A DNA stretch of 64,000 bases, taken from contig CAYUOR010000003.1 in the NCBI GenBank assembly GCA_964446535.1, positions 14,871-78,870 on the forward strand, read 5' to 3'. How positions within the stretch are numbered: the stretch's first letter is position 1; the number at the start of each line of letters is the position of its first letter. This stretch comes from an uncultured Candidatus Saccharibacteria bacterium (GTDB lineage Bacteria; Patescibacteriota; Minisyncoccia; Phycocordibacterales; Zambryskibacteraceae). Under the pieces are notes generated by a model, which worked only from the letters and a program-made list of their open reading frames with translations, did not search any database and had not been told where the DNA came from. This document shows, in pieces, positions 1-9,773 of this stretch. The translations under genes and the position numbers were made by a program.

Positions 1-2457
1 TCCGCCGGCAGAGCCGGCGTCGGGACCGATATCAAGAATGTGGTCTGCGGATTTTATAAAGTCTAGATTGTGTTCAATGACAAGAACTGTGTTGCCCTTG
101 TCTACGAGTTTCTGAAGAATTTCTATTAGCTTCTTGACATCTTCGTAGTGAAGGCCTATGGTCGGCTCGTCTAAAAGATAAATTGTTTTCTCCAGATGAG
201 GTCGGTAAAGCTCGGAAGCAATTTTTACCCTCTGTGCCTCTCCTCCCGAAAGAGTCGTCGCCGACTGCCCGAGAGCAAGATAACCGAGCCCCACATCGTT
301 GAGACACTTAAGCCGATCGTAAATTGCCGGAATGTCTTCAAAGAATGTGAGAGCCTCCTCTATCGTCATCTCGAGAATATCGTAAATATTCTTCTTCTTA
401 TACTTTACTTCCAAAGTCTCTTTCATAAAGCGTCGACCTGAACAGACATCACAGAGAACATATACCGTCGGCAAGAAGTGCATTTCCACTTCTATCATGC
501 CGTTACCTTGGCAAGTCTCACACCTTCCGCCTTTAACGTTGAAAGAGAATCGGTTGGCTTTCCAACCTCGGGCCCTTGCTTCGGTGGTTTCGGCAAAAAG
601 CTCTCGGATAAAGGTGAAAGCGCCCGTGTAGGTCGCCGGGTTTGACCTGGGGGTTCTTCCTATTGGTGACTGATCTATAAGAATCGAGCGGCCAAGATAT
701 TCGGAGCCGGTGAAAGACTGGCAGTTGTGAACTGCCGCGCTTCGGTAGCGACGATCGAGGCGCGCCTGTAAGTTTTTATTCAAGATTTCATAAACGAAAG
801 ACGATTTGCCAGAGCCCGAGACACCCGTGACCGCGATAAGCCGTCCCAGAGGTATATCTACGTTAAGGTGTTTAATATTGAAAATTTTCCCAGCTCGAAT
901 ACTAATTTTCCCCCGCTCTGATTCACGGCGGTTTTTGGGCGTCTCAATTTTTTTCTCGCCACGAAGATATGCAAGCGTAAGGGACTTACTCTTATTTTCC
1001 TTGGCAAGAAGTAGTTCTTGGAGATCGCCCGAGACCACAACCCTTCCACCATGCACCCCCGCTCCGGGGCCAATATCTACAAGGTAGTCGGACGAGAAAA
1101 TAGTTTCCTCGTCGTGCTCAACAACAATGATGGTGTTGCCGAGGTCGCGCAGATTAAGAAGGGTTTTTATCAAACGGGCGTTGTCTCGGGCGTGAAGTCC
1201 GATAGTCGGCTCGTCGAGAACATAGAGGGCGCCGACAAGACCCGAGCCGAGCTGGCTCGCCAAGCGGATTCTCTGCGCCTCTCCGCCCGAGAGGGTGTGT
1301 GCCCTGCGGTCTAGGGTTAGATACTCAATGCCTATATCGAGCATGAAAGAAAGTCTGGTTTCAATTTCTTTCGTCACAACTTTTGAAACATTTTTTTCTC
1401 GTATTGTTAGTTTCAGTTTCTTAAAAAACTCGTCAGCGTCTTTTATAGATAAGGCGACAACTTCCACGATATTTTTGCCGCCAACCAGAACGCTTAGCGC
1501 TTCTTTTCTCAAACGAGCACCCAGGCAGGACGGACATGGTTCCTCACCGAAAAGATACTTCGTGCCCAGGCCGTTACACTCGGAGCAGGCGCCGTAAGGC
1601 GAGTTGAAAGAAAAGAGGCGTGGTTCTATCTCCGGAAATGAAAAACCGTCTTTAGGGCAAGCCCACTTCGCCGACATTAAAAAATCTTCACTGCCAAAGC
1701 GGGCGACTAGAAGACCTTCGGACTCGTGAATCGCTTTTTCTATCGCTTCGCTAAGCCTTTCGTCGGCATTTTTGCTGTTGGTTTTAAATTCGGAAAGTTC
1801 TATAGAGTCAATAAGAACAGAAATCTCGTGTTTCTGTGTCTTTGTTAAAACGACCCTTTCGCGGAGCAGATGCCTTTTGCCGTCGATGAGAACCTCGCTG
1901 TAACCCTTGCCGAGAAGATCATAGAGAAGTTGGTAATACTCCCCTTTTCTGCCGCGGACAATGGGCGAGAAGATCTCAATTTTGGCCTTTGGATTTTTTT
2001 GGTGTTCCGTCACTTTTTCCATCACGAAATTTTTTATCTCTTCGTTTGAAAGTTTTTTGATTTCAGAACCGCAAACGAGGCAGTGCGGCCTACCAATTCT
2101 TGCAAAAAGAATACGGAGATAGTCGTAAATTTCCGTGACCGTCGCTACGGTTGAGCGCGGATTATTCGAGCGGGATTTCTGGTCTATGGAAATAGCTGGT
2201 GAGAGTCCGACGATTTCATCCACATCGGGCTTCTGCATTTGACGCAAAAATTGGCGAGCGTAGCTTGAAAGAGATTCAACATAGCGCCGCTGCCCTTCGG
2301 CGAAGATGGTATCAAAGGCAAGCGAGGACTTACCCGAACCAGAAAGGCCGGTGAAGACCACCATCTTGTTCCTGGGCATTTCTAGAGTAACGTTTTTGAG
2401 ATTGTGCGTTCTCGCACCCTTTACTATAATTTTTCCTTCAGTACTTTTATCTTTCAT
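1..2457 (-). CDS. uvrA: Excinuclease ABC subunit A (UvrA), 3' end beyond window start
   Basis: Reverse-strand translation from the ATG at 2457 gives [23 protein letters not shown]...[34 protein letters not shown]. The ABC signatures [19 protein letters not shown] (about 1201-1320) and [15 protein letters not shown] (near 200-300) are present. It is absent from the ORF track because it runs off the window edge. Only antisense spurious ORFs are listed here. Confidence 0.93.
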   Translation of the reverse strand, partial: MKDKSTEGKIIVKGARTHNLKNVTLEMPRNKMVVFTGLSGSGKSSLAFDTIFAEGQRRYVESLSSYARQFLRQMQKPDVDEIVGLSPAISIDQKSRSNNPRSTVATVTEIYDYLRILFARIGRPHCLVCGSEIKKLSNEEIKNFVMEKVTEHQKNPKAKIEIFSPIVRGRKGEYYQLLYDLLGKGYSEVLIDGKRHLLRERVVLTKTQKHEISVLIDSIELSEFKTNSKNADERLSEAIEKAIHESEGLLVARFGSEDFLMSAKWACPKDGFSFPEIEPRLFSFNSPYGACSECNGLGTKYLFGEEPCPSCLGARLRKEALSVLVGGKNIVEVVALSIKDADEFFKKLKLTIREKNVSKVVTKEIETRLSFMLDIGIEYLTLDRRAHTLSGGEAQRIRLASQLGSGLVGALYVLDEPTIGLHARDNARLIKTLLNLRDLGNTIIVVEHDEETIFSSDYLVDIGPGAGVHGGRVVVSGDLQELLLAKENKSKSLTLAYLRGEKKIETPKNRRESERGKISIRAGKIFNIKHLNVDIPLGRLIAVTGVSGSGKSSFVYEILNKNLQARLDRRYRSAAVHNCQSFTGSEYLGRSILIDQSPIGRTPRSNPATYTGAFTFIRELFAETTEARARGWKANRFSFNVKGGRCETCQGNGMIEVEMHFLPTVYVLCDVCSGRRFMKETLEVKYKKKNIYDILEMTIEEALTFFEDIPAIYDRLKCLNDVGLGYLALGQSATTLSGGEAQRVKIASELYRPHLEKTIYLLDEPTIGLHYEDVKKLIEILQKLVDKGNTVLVIEHNLDFIKSADHILDIGPDAGSAGG

Positions 2458-2528
2458 ACGTATTTATCCCCCAAGGCTTGCACCTAGGGGGTAAGTGGAA
2501 GAAGTATAGCAAAGACGAAAAAGAAAAA

Positions 2529-4541
2529 CTATTTTAACTTCGATTCCAGGGCCCTGATTTCGTCGCGCAGTATTGCCGCCGTCTCGAAGTCAAGGTCGCG
2601 AACGGCTTCTTCCATCTCTTTTTTCTTTTCCTTGATGAGTTTCTTGGGGCTTTTGGCGAAAAGTCCTTTGTCTGCCTCTAGAAGAAGGTCGACTGCCGAG
2701 CGATGTTCGCGCTCAAGAGTGTCGGTGATGTCTTTAATTTTTTTAATAATCGTTTTCGGAGTGATGCCGTGCTTCTTGTTATACGCTCTTTGAAGCGTCC
2801 TGCGACGCGCCGTCTCGTCAATTGCCCGCTTCATTGAGCCGGTAACAGAGTCCGCGTATAAAATTACCTTGCCTTCCACGTTTCGAGCCGCTCGACCGAT
2901 AATCTGTATGAGAGAAGTTTCGGAGCGTAAGAATCCTTCTTTGTCGGCATCGAGAATGCCAATCAAAGTTACTTCGGGTAGATCCAATCCTTCCCGAAGC
3001 AGGTTGACCCCAACGAGACAATCAAACTCCGCTCGGCGAAACTTCGTGAGAATCTCAATACGCTCGATGGTCTTTATTTCGCTGTGTAAATACTCGGCTT
3101 TTACGCCTTTCTCTTTCAGAAATTCGGAGAGGTCTTCCGCCATCTTCTTGGTTAGAGTTGTAGCTATGACTCTGCCACCCTTCTTAATGGCCTGCTCCGC
3201 TTCGTTTATAAAGTCGTAAATTTGTCCCTTGTATTCTCTCCTCTCCTGTACCGGACGAACGGAAATTTCCGGATCAACAAGACCCGTCGGGCGAATAACC
3301 TGCTCGACAACTTTAGAACTTTTTTCCCGTTCAAAGTCGGCGGGAGTAGCGCTCGTAAAAATCACCTGCCCGACGCGCTCCTCGAATTCCGGAAACTTTA
3401 AAGGTCGGTTGTCGCGGGCGCTGGGCAGACGAAAGCCGTGTTCAACAAGAGTGTCCTTGCGGGACTTGTCACCGAAATACATTCCACCAATCTGCGGAAT
3501 CGTTACGTGCGACTCATCAATAATCGTCAGGAAATCCGGTTTGCCGTCTTTCGTTTTCGGAAAATAATCTAGCAGCGTATATGGCGGCTCGCCCGCGAGT
3601 TTACCCGAGAAGTGGCGCGAATAGTTTTCAATGCCATTCGTGTAACCCACTTCACGAATAAGTGCTAGGTCATAATTTGTTCTCCTTTTCAGGCGCTCCG
3701 CTTCAAGAATTTTTCCTTCTTTTTTAAGAATCTTGAGCTGTTCCTCTAACTCTTTCTTAATACTCGTGAGGGCGCGCTTCTGTGCCTCGTCGGCGGTGAT
3801 GAAGTGCTTGGCGGGAAAAAGGAAAAAAACTTTCGGCTCCGACATAATCGAGCGCGAAACCGGGTCAATTTTTTGTATTCTCGTGATTTTGTCTTTCTCC
3901 AGTTCTATGCGGTAGAGTGAGCGCTCGGAGACCGGCATTATCTCTATCGTATTGCCGAGAGCGCGGAAGTCGCCCGGTTTTAAGTCCGAATTGGTGCGTG
4001 CGTAATGAATATCGATGAGTTTTCTGATGAAATCGGCCCTGGAGATTTTATCTCCTTTCTCGATTTTAAGATTTACTTTTTCGTACTCTTCTGGGTCACC
4101 TAGGCCGTAAATACAAGAAACGGAAGCAACTATTATCACATCCCTTCTTGTCAGGAGCGCCTGTGTTGAAGCGTGGCGTAGGCGTTCTATCTCTTCGTTT
4201 ATCATCGCCTCTTTTTCTATATAGGTATCGGTCACCGGCAGGTACGCCTCGGGCTGGTAGAAGTCGTAGTAGGAGACAAAGTAGTGCACCGCGTTCTCTG
4301 GGAAAAATTCTCGATACTCCTGTGCTAATTGTGCCGCTAAAGTTTTGTTGTGGGCGATAACAAGTGTCGGTTTCCCTATTTTTTCTATGACATTGGCTGC
4401 TGTAAAGGTCTTACCAGAACCAGTAACACCTAAAAGGGTTTGATATCTTAAACCTTTCTTTATACCCTCGGTCAGTTCTTTTATCGCCTTCGGCTGATCA
4501 CCGGCCGGTTCGAATTCATGATTCAATTTAAAAACGCTCAT
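2529..4541 (-). CDS. uvrB: Excinuclease ABC subunit B (UvrB)
   Basis: 670 aa ORF with GSGKTFTAANVIEKIGKPTLVIAHNKTLAAQL, a helicase core and a C-terminal UvrB/UvrC-interaction coiled coil. It lies adjacent to uvrA. Confidence 0.96.
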   Translation of the reverse strand: MSVFKLNHEFEPAGDQPKAIKELTEGIKKGLRYQTLLGVTGSGKTFTAANVIEKIGKPTLVIAHNKTLAAQLAQEYREFFPENAVHYFVSYYDFYQPEAYLPVTDTYIEKEAMINEEIERLRHASTQALLTRRDVIIVASVSCIYGLGDPEEYEKVNLKIEKGDKISRADFIRKLIDIHYARTNSDLKPGDFRALGNTIEIMPVSERSLYRIELEKDKITRIQKIDPVSRSIMSEPKVFFLFPAKHFITADEAQKRALTSIKKELEEQLKILKKEGKILEAERLKRRTNYDLALIREVGYTNGIENYSRHFSGKLAGEPPYTLLDYFPKTKDGKPDFLTIIDESHVTIPQIGGMYFGDKSRKDTLVEHGFRLPSARDNRPLKFPEFEERVGQVIFTSATPADFEREKSSKVVEQVIRPTGLVDPEISVRPVQERREYKGQIYDFINEAEQAIKKGGRVIATTLTKKMAEDLSEFLKEKGVKAEYLHSEIKTIERIEILTKFRRAEFDCLVGVNLLREGLDLPEVTLIGILDADKEGFLRSETSLIQIIGRAARNVEGKVILYADSVTGSMKRAIDETARRRTLQRAYNKKHGITPKTIIKKIKDITDTLEREHRSAVDLLLEADKGLFAKSPKKLIKEKKKEMEEAVRDLDFETAAILRDEIRALESKLK

Positions 4542-4569
4542 TAGAGAGTAAATATATCAGGGTCGGAGA

Positions 4570-4612
4570 AAAGAAAAAACCCGTCCCGACATGGCGTCGG
4601 GGCGGGTTTTAA
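4570..4612 (-). terminator. Rho-independent terminator hairpin (ACCCGTCCCGAC...GTCGGGGCGGGT) with flanking A/T runs
   Basis: Near-perfect 12-bp inverted repeat. A T-run follows it on the minus strand, immediately downstream of ORF 4627..4956 and upstream of the uvrB start. Confidence 0.5.
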
Positions 4613-4626
4613 GGAGTGAGTGCTTG

Positions 4627-4956
4627 CTAGGCAGTAGCACCCATTGCGGATGCGGGCAGAGGATTGATCTCCTCGAGGGTCTGCCTCCTTTCGTGGAGTC
4701 CGCTTGCGAGCTCTCCAGACCGAGAGTAAAAGCCACCCTTGCGCCTGGCCGCTTCACGTTCTGCTTCCACGAGTGCGTAGAAATCAGCGATCGGCATCAC
4801 CTCGGTACCGTTGCCGGTACAGACGTATTCCCGACGTTTTGCTGTCTGATCGTCGGTGTCCGAGACCCAGACGATCTTGCCCTTGGTGAACTCGTCCCAG
4901 GGAACGATTTCGTTTCCACGCGGCCTCTTGGGATTCTTCTTGCGATAGATGAGCAT
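4627..4956 (-). CDS. Hypothetical small protein (109 aa)
   Basis: ORF with its own downstream terminator. No recognisable family. Confidence 0.4.
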   Translation of the reverse strand: MLIYRKKNPKRPRGNEIVPWDEFTKGKIVWVSDTDDQTAKRREYVCTGNGTEVMPIADFYALVEAEREAARRKGGFYSRSGELASGLHERRQTLEEINPLPASAMGATA

Positions 4957-5060
4957 ACCCTGACTTCTCCTTTGTTATGAAAAGAACTTAAAAGAGCCGA
5001 AAGCGATATGCTAACACGGGAAATAAAATTCGCAAGGCCTGCCCGCGCAGGCGGGGAAAA

Positions 5061-6266
5061 CTAGGCTTTATACTTAGTCAAAAATTCTTTCTTGAATTTG
5101 TCAAAGGTGTTTTCGATAATTGACTCTCTAATCTTTTTCACAAGGTTCACTATAAAGTAAAGATTGTGTATTGAGCCGAGTGTTCCGCCAAGAATTTCAT
5201 GCGCGCGATAGAGGTGGCAGAGATAGCCCCTGGAATAGTTTTTACAAGTATAACAGCCACAACTTTCTTCAACGGGCTTCTGGTCATCGCGGAATTCAGC
5301 GTTTCTTATATTCATTTTTCCATTTTTTGTATAGAGCGTTCCACCCCTGCCGTTTCTCGTCGGTGCGACACAATCAAATAAATCCACCCCATTTTCAATC
5401 CCCATAAACAGGTCTTCCGGCTCACCTATGCCTAAGAGATGCTTCGGTTTTTCTTTCGGTAGAATCTCGTTTACCCACCTGACCGCGGTTGCCATATCTT
5501 CTTTATTGAACGAGCCGCCGATGCCAAAGCCGTCGAAATCTAAGTTTCCAATAAATTCTGCCGATTCTTTACGCAATGATTCTTCCCGACCACCTTGGAC
5601 AATGCCGAAGAGGGCTTGCTCACCATTGTTGTGTGCCCTGTGATATTCAAGAGAGCGCTTAGCCCATCTGTGGGTTCTCGCCATAGCTTCTTTCTGATAT
5701 TCAAAAGATTCTTGAGGGGAAGTACATTCATCAAAGGCAAAAATTATGTCGGCGCCGAGGTTGTGTTGAATCTCCATAGACTTCTCGGGAGTAATGTGAT
5801 GAAGCGAGCCGTCGAGGTGCGATTTAAAAGTGACACCGTCTTCTGTAACCTCTGCTAGTCGGCCAAAAGAATTTTCATCGGCGTCGCCTGCCTGCGCAGA
5901 CAGGGAGCCCTTTTGATTTTTCTCTGACGCGACCTTAGATACGCTCTTCCCAAACGCGCGACCGAGAGAAAAAGCTTGAAAACCGCCCGAGTCGGTCATG
6001 ATGGGTCCCTGCCAATTCATAAACCTGTGTAACCCGCCGAAACTTTTTAGACGTTCGGCACCGGGTTCTAGATAAAGGTGATAAGTGTTTGCTAAAACTA
6101 CCTGGGCCCCCAAGTCTTTAACCTGCTCAGTGGTAAGCGCTTTAACAGACGCTTTTGTGCCAACAGCAACAAAAGCGGGGGTTTCAATTTTCCCATGCGG
6201 TGTTTCCAGCACCCCCGCTCTCATCAAACCAATTTCAGAAAGTATAGAAAACTTTATTGAACTCAT
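5061..6266 (-). CDS. tgt: Queuine tRNA-ribosyltransferase (tRNA-guanine transglycosylase)
   Basis: Motifs LANTYHLYLEPG, TDSGGFQAFSLG and Zn-site CGCYTCKNYSRGYLCHL. There is an internal insertion of about 40 aa relative to typical Tgt. Confidence 0.9.
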   Translation of the reverse strand: MSSIKFSILSEIGLMRAGVLETPHGKIETPAFVAVGTKASVKALTTEQVKDLGAQVVLANTYHLYLEPGAERLKSFGGLHRFMNWQGPIMTDSGGFQAFSLGRAFGKSVSKVASEKNQKGSLSAQAGDADENSFGRLAEVTEDGVTFKSHLDGSLHHITPEKSMEIQHNLGADIIFAFDECTSPQESFEYQKEAMARTHRWAKRSLEYHRAHNNGEQALFGIVQGGREESLRKESAEFIGNLDFDGFGIGGSFNKEDMATAVRWVNEILPKEKPKHLLGIGEPEDLFMGIENGVDLFDCVAPTRNGRGGTLYTKNGKMNIRNAEFRDDQKPVEESCGCYTCKNYSRGYLCHLYRAHEILGGTLGSIHNLYFIVNLVKKIRESIIENTFDKFKKEFLTKYKA

Positions 6267-6592
6267 TGGAACTACATTAACATTTTTACAAAATTAAAGG
6301 GCCCGAGAAGTTTCCTCCTCGGGCCCGGTTTCCTGGGTTGCTGATTTGGTGCTTGGTTTAGTTTTGGGAGCTTTTGGGCCCGGCGAGCCGGAACCTCTTC
6401 ATGGTTCACCACCATCGGTGCCGTATCTCGGCTTGAATGACGCTTGGTGAGATGTCGTCGCCGGCTGTTGGTTTTACACGTTCAGGTTGGTGTACTTGAT
6501 GAGAATTCCCTCCTGAAAGAACATTACCGATTAAATATAGCAAACTCTTATCTATCTGTCAAGTAAGGGACCTCGCGTAGTCAAAATATGGC

Positions 6593-7594
6593 TTAACGCT
6601 TGGCTATTATAGAGTTTTTATAAGTATTAAGATGCTCTAGAGCGATACCGGTACCCTTGGCAACACAAAAATATGCCTCATCGGCAAGGGAGGCCTTCAC
6701 ACCCGTTCTGCGAAACATAAGTTCGGGAAAATTTCTAAGCTGCGACGAACCGCCGGTCATAATTATCCCTCTGTCTATAATATCGGAAGAAAGTTCGGGG
6801 GGTGTTTCCTGTAAGACATCGCGCACGGCCTTCACCATCTCGCGAAGTTCTTTGGAAATCGCCTTGACCACATCATTGGTCTTTAGCTCAATCGTTCTAG
6901 GCAAGCCGACGACAAAATCTCTGCCCTTAACCGTCATCACGAGTTCTTCATTCAGAGGCACGGCCGAGCCGATACCGATTTTTATATCCTCCGCGGTTTT
7001 GTCACCAATAACGAGGTTAAAATTTTTCTTCACATAGTCGGCGATAGCCGTATCCATTTTGTTACCAGCAACCTTAACGGATGTAGAAGCGACAATACCA
7101 CCCAAAGAGATCACCGCGACGTCCGTCGTACCTCCGCCGATATCCACTATCATATGTCCTGCTGCTTCTTGAATCGGGATACCCGCGCCGATAGCGGCAA
7201 GAATCGGTTCTTTGACGACATAAGCATTTTTGGCACCGGCTTTTATCGCCGCCTCAACTACGGCACGGCGCTCTGTAGAAGTGACGCCCGCGGGAACGGA
7301 GATTAATACATCGGGTTTAAAAATATTCCAGCGTCCAAGAGCTTTGTCTATGTAGTAGCGAAGCATGGCTTCGGTCACACGATAGTCGGCGATAACACCA
7401 TCTTTCATCGGGCGATACGCAATGATACTCTCCGGTGTTCGACCTATCATAGTTTTAGCCTCGACTCCTATTGCCAAGATCTTGTTATCTTCCGAGACGG
7501 CCACAACGGATGGCTCGTTTAAAACTATGCCCTTGCCGGGGACGAAGACCAAGATATTGGTGGTGCCGAGATCTATGCCGAGCTTTTTTGTCAT
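6593..7594 (-). CDS. mreB: Rod shape-determining protein MreB (actin-like ATPase)
   Basis: GIDLGTTN, DIGGGTTDVAVISLGGIV, and 333 aa as typical of MreB. Confidence 0.92.
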   Translation of the reverse strand: MTKKLGIDLGTTNILVFVPGKGIVLNEPSVVAVSEDNKILAIGVEAKTMIGRTPESIIAYRPMKDGVIADYRVTEAMLRYYIDKALGRWNIFKPDVLISVPAGVTSTERRAVVEAAIKAGAKNAYVVKEPILAAIGAGIPIQEAAGHMIVDIGGGTTDVAVISLGGIVASTSVKVAGNKMDTAIADYVKKNFNLVIGDKTAEDIKIGIGSAVPLNEELVMTVKGRDFVVGLPRTIELKTNDVVKAISKELREMVKAVRDVLQETPPELSSDIIDRGIIMTGGSSQLRNFPELMFRRTGVKASLADEAYFCVAKGTGIALEHLNTYKNSIIAKR

Positions 7595-7638
7595 AAAGGT
7601 TTCTAGGTAAGGCGTATGATACTATAATTTATAAACCA

Positions 7639-7905
7639 ATGAAATCTATCGGCGATAGTCTAGAAAAACGTGATTTTAAAAAGATTTTTAAGCATCCACG
7701 ACTGAAAATGCTTGATGAATTTCATCGTCGCATCAACGCAGAGCGTTTGGCAGAAGGTATGAGAACACTCCCTATGCGGGCTATCGGTGTCAAAACCGCC
7801 CACCTTTCTCTTGAGGATATGGCATACCTTCTAAAAAGGTGTTCACAGAGTTCAAATTTCTCCAAATGTTTTTTCGGCAGTTTGAAAGTAAAAAATGACA
7901 AATAA
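7639..7905 (+). CDS. Hypothetical small ORF (88 aa), weak
   Basis: ORF only. A TATAAT at 7623-7628 lies just upstream. It overlaps the def-fmt start by 11 nt and may be spurious. Confidence 0.2.
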   Translation: MKSIGDSLEKRDFKKIFKHPRLKMLDEFHRRINAERLAEGMRTLPMRAIGVKTAHLSLEDMAYLLKRCSQSSNFSKCFFGSLKVKNDK

Positions 7906-9199
7906 AAATAAGGAAAGCCTGCCTGCGCAGGCAGGTAAAATTCTAGACAAAGACGCGGCTGTTTTAAGAAAAGTTGCCAAAGAAATCCCGCCAAAGGAAA
8001 TTGGTCTCAAGAAAACCAAAGATATTATTGAACGCATGAGAAGAGCTCTTTACGGTGAAGAAGACGGTGTCGCGATAGCGGCGCCGCAAATCGGTGAGAG
8101 TTTGCGTGTGTTTATGGTGCGTGGTGATGTACTTCTCTTCGCCAAAGGTAAAAAGGTCCAGTCTAAAGAAAAACCTGATGATCTCGTTTTTATAAATCCG
8201 GAAATTATACATACTTCAAGAAAGAAGAAGCGAGTTGAAGAGGGTTGCCTTTCTGTCCGATGGCTTTATGGCAAAGTTCTAAGAAGTGAAAAAATGACTA
8301 TCGGCGCCTATAACGAAAAGGGTGTCTGGATTGAGCGTGGTGCCTCGGGTCTGTTAGCACAAATCTTTCAGCACGAAATAGACCACCTAAACGGAATCCT
8401 CTTTACCGACAAGGCAGAGGACCTGCGAGACATACCTCCGCCGAAAGTTTTGAAATTTGCATACTTCGGTAGCTCCGAATTTTCGCGCTTTGTCCTGGAA
8501 GAACTTGAAGAGATGGGCTACTCGCCCACTCTAAATATCACCTCCAGCAAAGAGCCGTTGCCGATAGAAAAACTTAAAGAGCTTCAGGCAGATATTTTTA
8601 TCGTTGCTTCGTTCGGCAAAATTCTCCCGAAAGAGATTATCGAGATACCGAAATTCGGAACCCTAAACGTTCACCCGTCGCTTCTGCCGAAACTCCGCGG
8701 AGCCTCCCCCATACAAGGAACAATTCTTTCCGAGAACGAGCCTGGGGTAACGATAATCAAGATGGACGAACACACGGATCACGGCCCGATTATCACGCGA
8801 GTAAAAGTTGAGATTAGTCCCTGGCCGGACCATTACGCCACTGTGGAAGAAAAGCTCGGGCGAGCGGGCGGTAGAGTCCTGGGACTTGTTCTGCCGAAGT
8901 GGATCGGCGGAGAGATTGAAGCTGCGGCCCAGGAGGATGAGAATGCAACCTTTACAAAATTAATAAAAAAAGAAGATGGCCACTTGAATCTATCCGACGA
9001 CCCGAAAGTGAATCTCAGAAAAGTGCTTGCTTACAGCAGTTGGCCTGGCGCATATATTTACTATAAAAATAAGTTCGGTAAAGAAATACGAGTGAATATA
9101 AAAGACGCAGAGATTAAGGACGGAAAGTTTGTTCCCACGCGCGTCGTGCCAGCCGGTAAAAAAGAAATGAGTTGGCAGGACTTCCTCCGTGGTAACTAA
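7895..9199 (+). CDS. def-fmt: Fused peptide deformylase / methionyl-tRNA formyltransferase (Def-Fmt single polypeptide)
   Basis: The N-terminal part, about 175 aa, carries Def motifs: GVAIAAPQIG, EGCLSV and HEIDHLNG. The C-terminal part, about 250 aa, carries Fmt motifs: FGKILPKEIIEIPKFGTLNVHPSLLPKLRGASPIQ, MDEHTDHGPII and a C-terminal WPGAY domain. It is one continuous 434-aa ORF. Confidence 0.85.
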   Translation: MTNKNKESLPAQAGKILDKDAAVLRKVAKEIPPKEIGLKKTKDIIERMRRALYGEEDGVAIAAPQIGESLRVFMVRGDVLLFAKGKKVQSKEKPDDLVFINPEIIHTSRKKKRVEEGCLSVRWLYGKVLRSEKMTIGAYNEKGVWIERGASGLLAQIFQHEIDHLNGILFTDKAEDLRDIPPPKVLKFAYFGSSEFSRFVLEELEEMGYSPTLNITSSKEPLPIEKLKELQADIFIVASFGKILPKEIIEIPKFGTLNVHPSLLPKLRGASPIQGTILSENEPGVTIIKMDEHTDHGPIITRVKVEISPWPDHYATVEEKLGRAGGRVLGLVLPKWIGGEIEAAAQEDENATFTKLIKKEDGHLNLSDDPKVNLRKVLAYSSWPGAYIYYKNKFGKEIRVNIKDAEIKDGKFVPTRVVPAGKKEMSWQDFLRGN

Positions 9200-9202
9200 T
9201 AA

Positions 9203-9336
9203 CCGGTGTTAGAGAGTGTTATGGAAATTTCGGCTTCAAACTTTACAAGCCAAAGAAGAATGATAGCAGAGAGCATACCACCGGCAAGCACCGCGATAGA
9301 AACCCAGGGCGCGCTTTTCTGTCTTAAATAGTTCAT
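9203..9336 (-). CDS. Possible 44-aa hydrophobic micro-protein translationally coupled to hpf (ATGA overlap)
   Basis: Manual translation gives MNYLRQKSAPWVSIAVLAGGMLSAIILLWLVKFEAEISITLSNTG. Its start codon overlaps the hpf stop. It is below the ORF-track length cutoff. Confidence 0.2.
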
Positions 9337-9755
9337 AATTTTCTTTTTTTAAATTTTAATCGTTCCAAGCCCCAGTAAAAACCTTTAGACGTACCGTCGG
9401 AAAGACCCTTCATCACATTTTTCATAAGTTCTGCGCCCTTCCTGGTAAGGGTCTGTCTTTTGTCCTTCAATTGAACAGCTGTACGCATCACCTCATCCTT
9501 GACCACATCAATTGCCGCATAAAGATCGTCCATTTTCGTAACTGCATAGATATCTAACCCCGGTCCCGTAATGTGTACCTCAGCGCGGAAAATGTCACCG
9601 CCCTTGTGGTGGTCAGAGGTCTTGCCTACCTCAACATTGACAATTGCCTCGTCACTTTTGGCAATGAATTTTTCAACAGGCAGTATTTTTTTCTCTACAT
9701 AGGAAGAGATGGCCGGTGTTAGCTCAATCCCGGTGGCCTTGAGATTTATCTTCAT
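9333..9755 (-). CDS. hpf: Ribosome hibernation promoting factor (HPF/RaiA family, short form)
   Basis: 140 aa with an N-terminal MKINLKATGIELTPAI..VEKK pattern typical of the sigma-54 modulation protein/S30EA family. Confidence 0.8.
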   Translation of the reverse strand: MKINLKATGIELTPAISSYVEKKILPVEKFIAKSDEAIVNVEVGKTSDHHKGGDIFRAEVHITGPGLDIYAVTKMDDLYAAIDVVKDEVMRTAVQLKDKRQTLTRKGAELMKNVMKGLSDGTSKGFYWGLERLKFKKRKL

Positions 9756-9773
9756 ACATTAATTATAACAGAG

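Noticed and set aside
806-1597. Plus-strand ORFs 806..1087, 1018..1314 and 1295..1597 (93-100 aa)
   Set aside because: They are antisense to the clearly conserved uvrA reading frame on the minus strand. That frame has intact ABC signatures, so these are spurious.
1-2457. Apparent absence of a long uvrA ORF in the six-frame track, suggesting pseudogenisation
   Set aside because: Manual translation shows a continuous UvrA frame. The ORF is simply unreported because it runs off the window edge without a stop.
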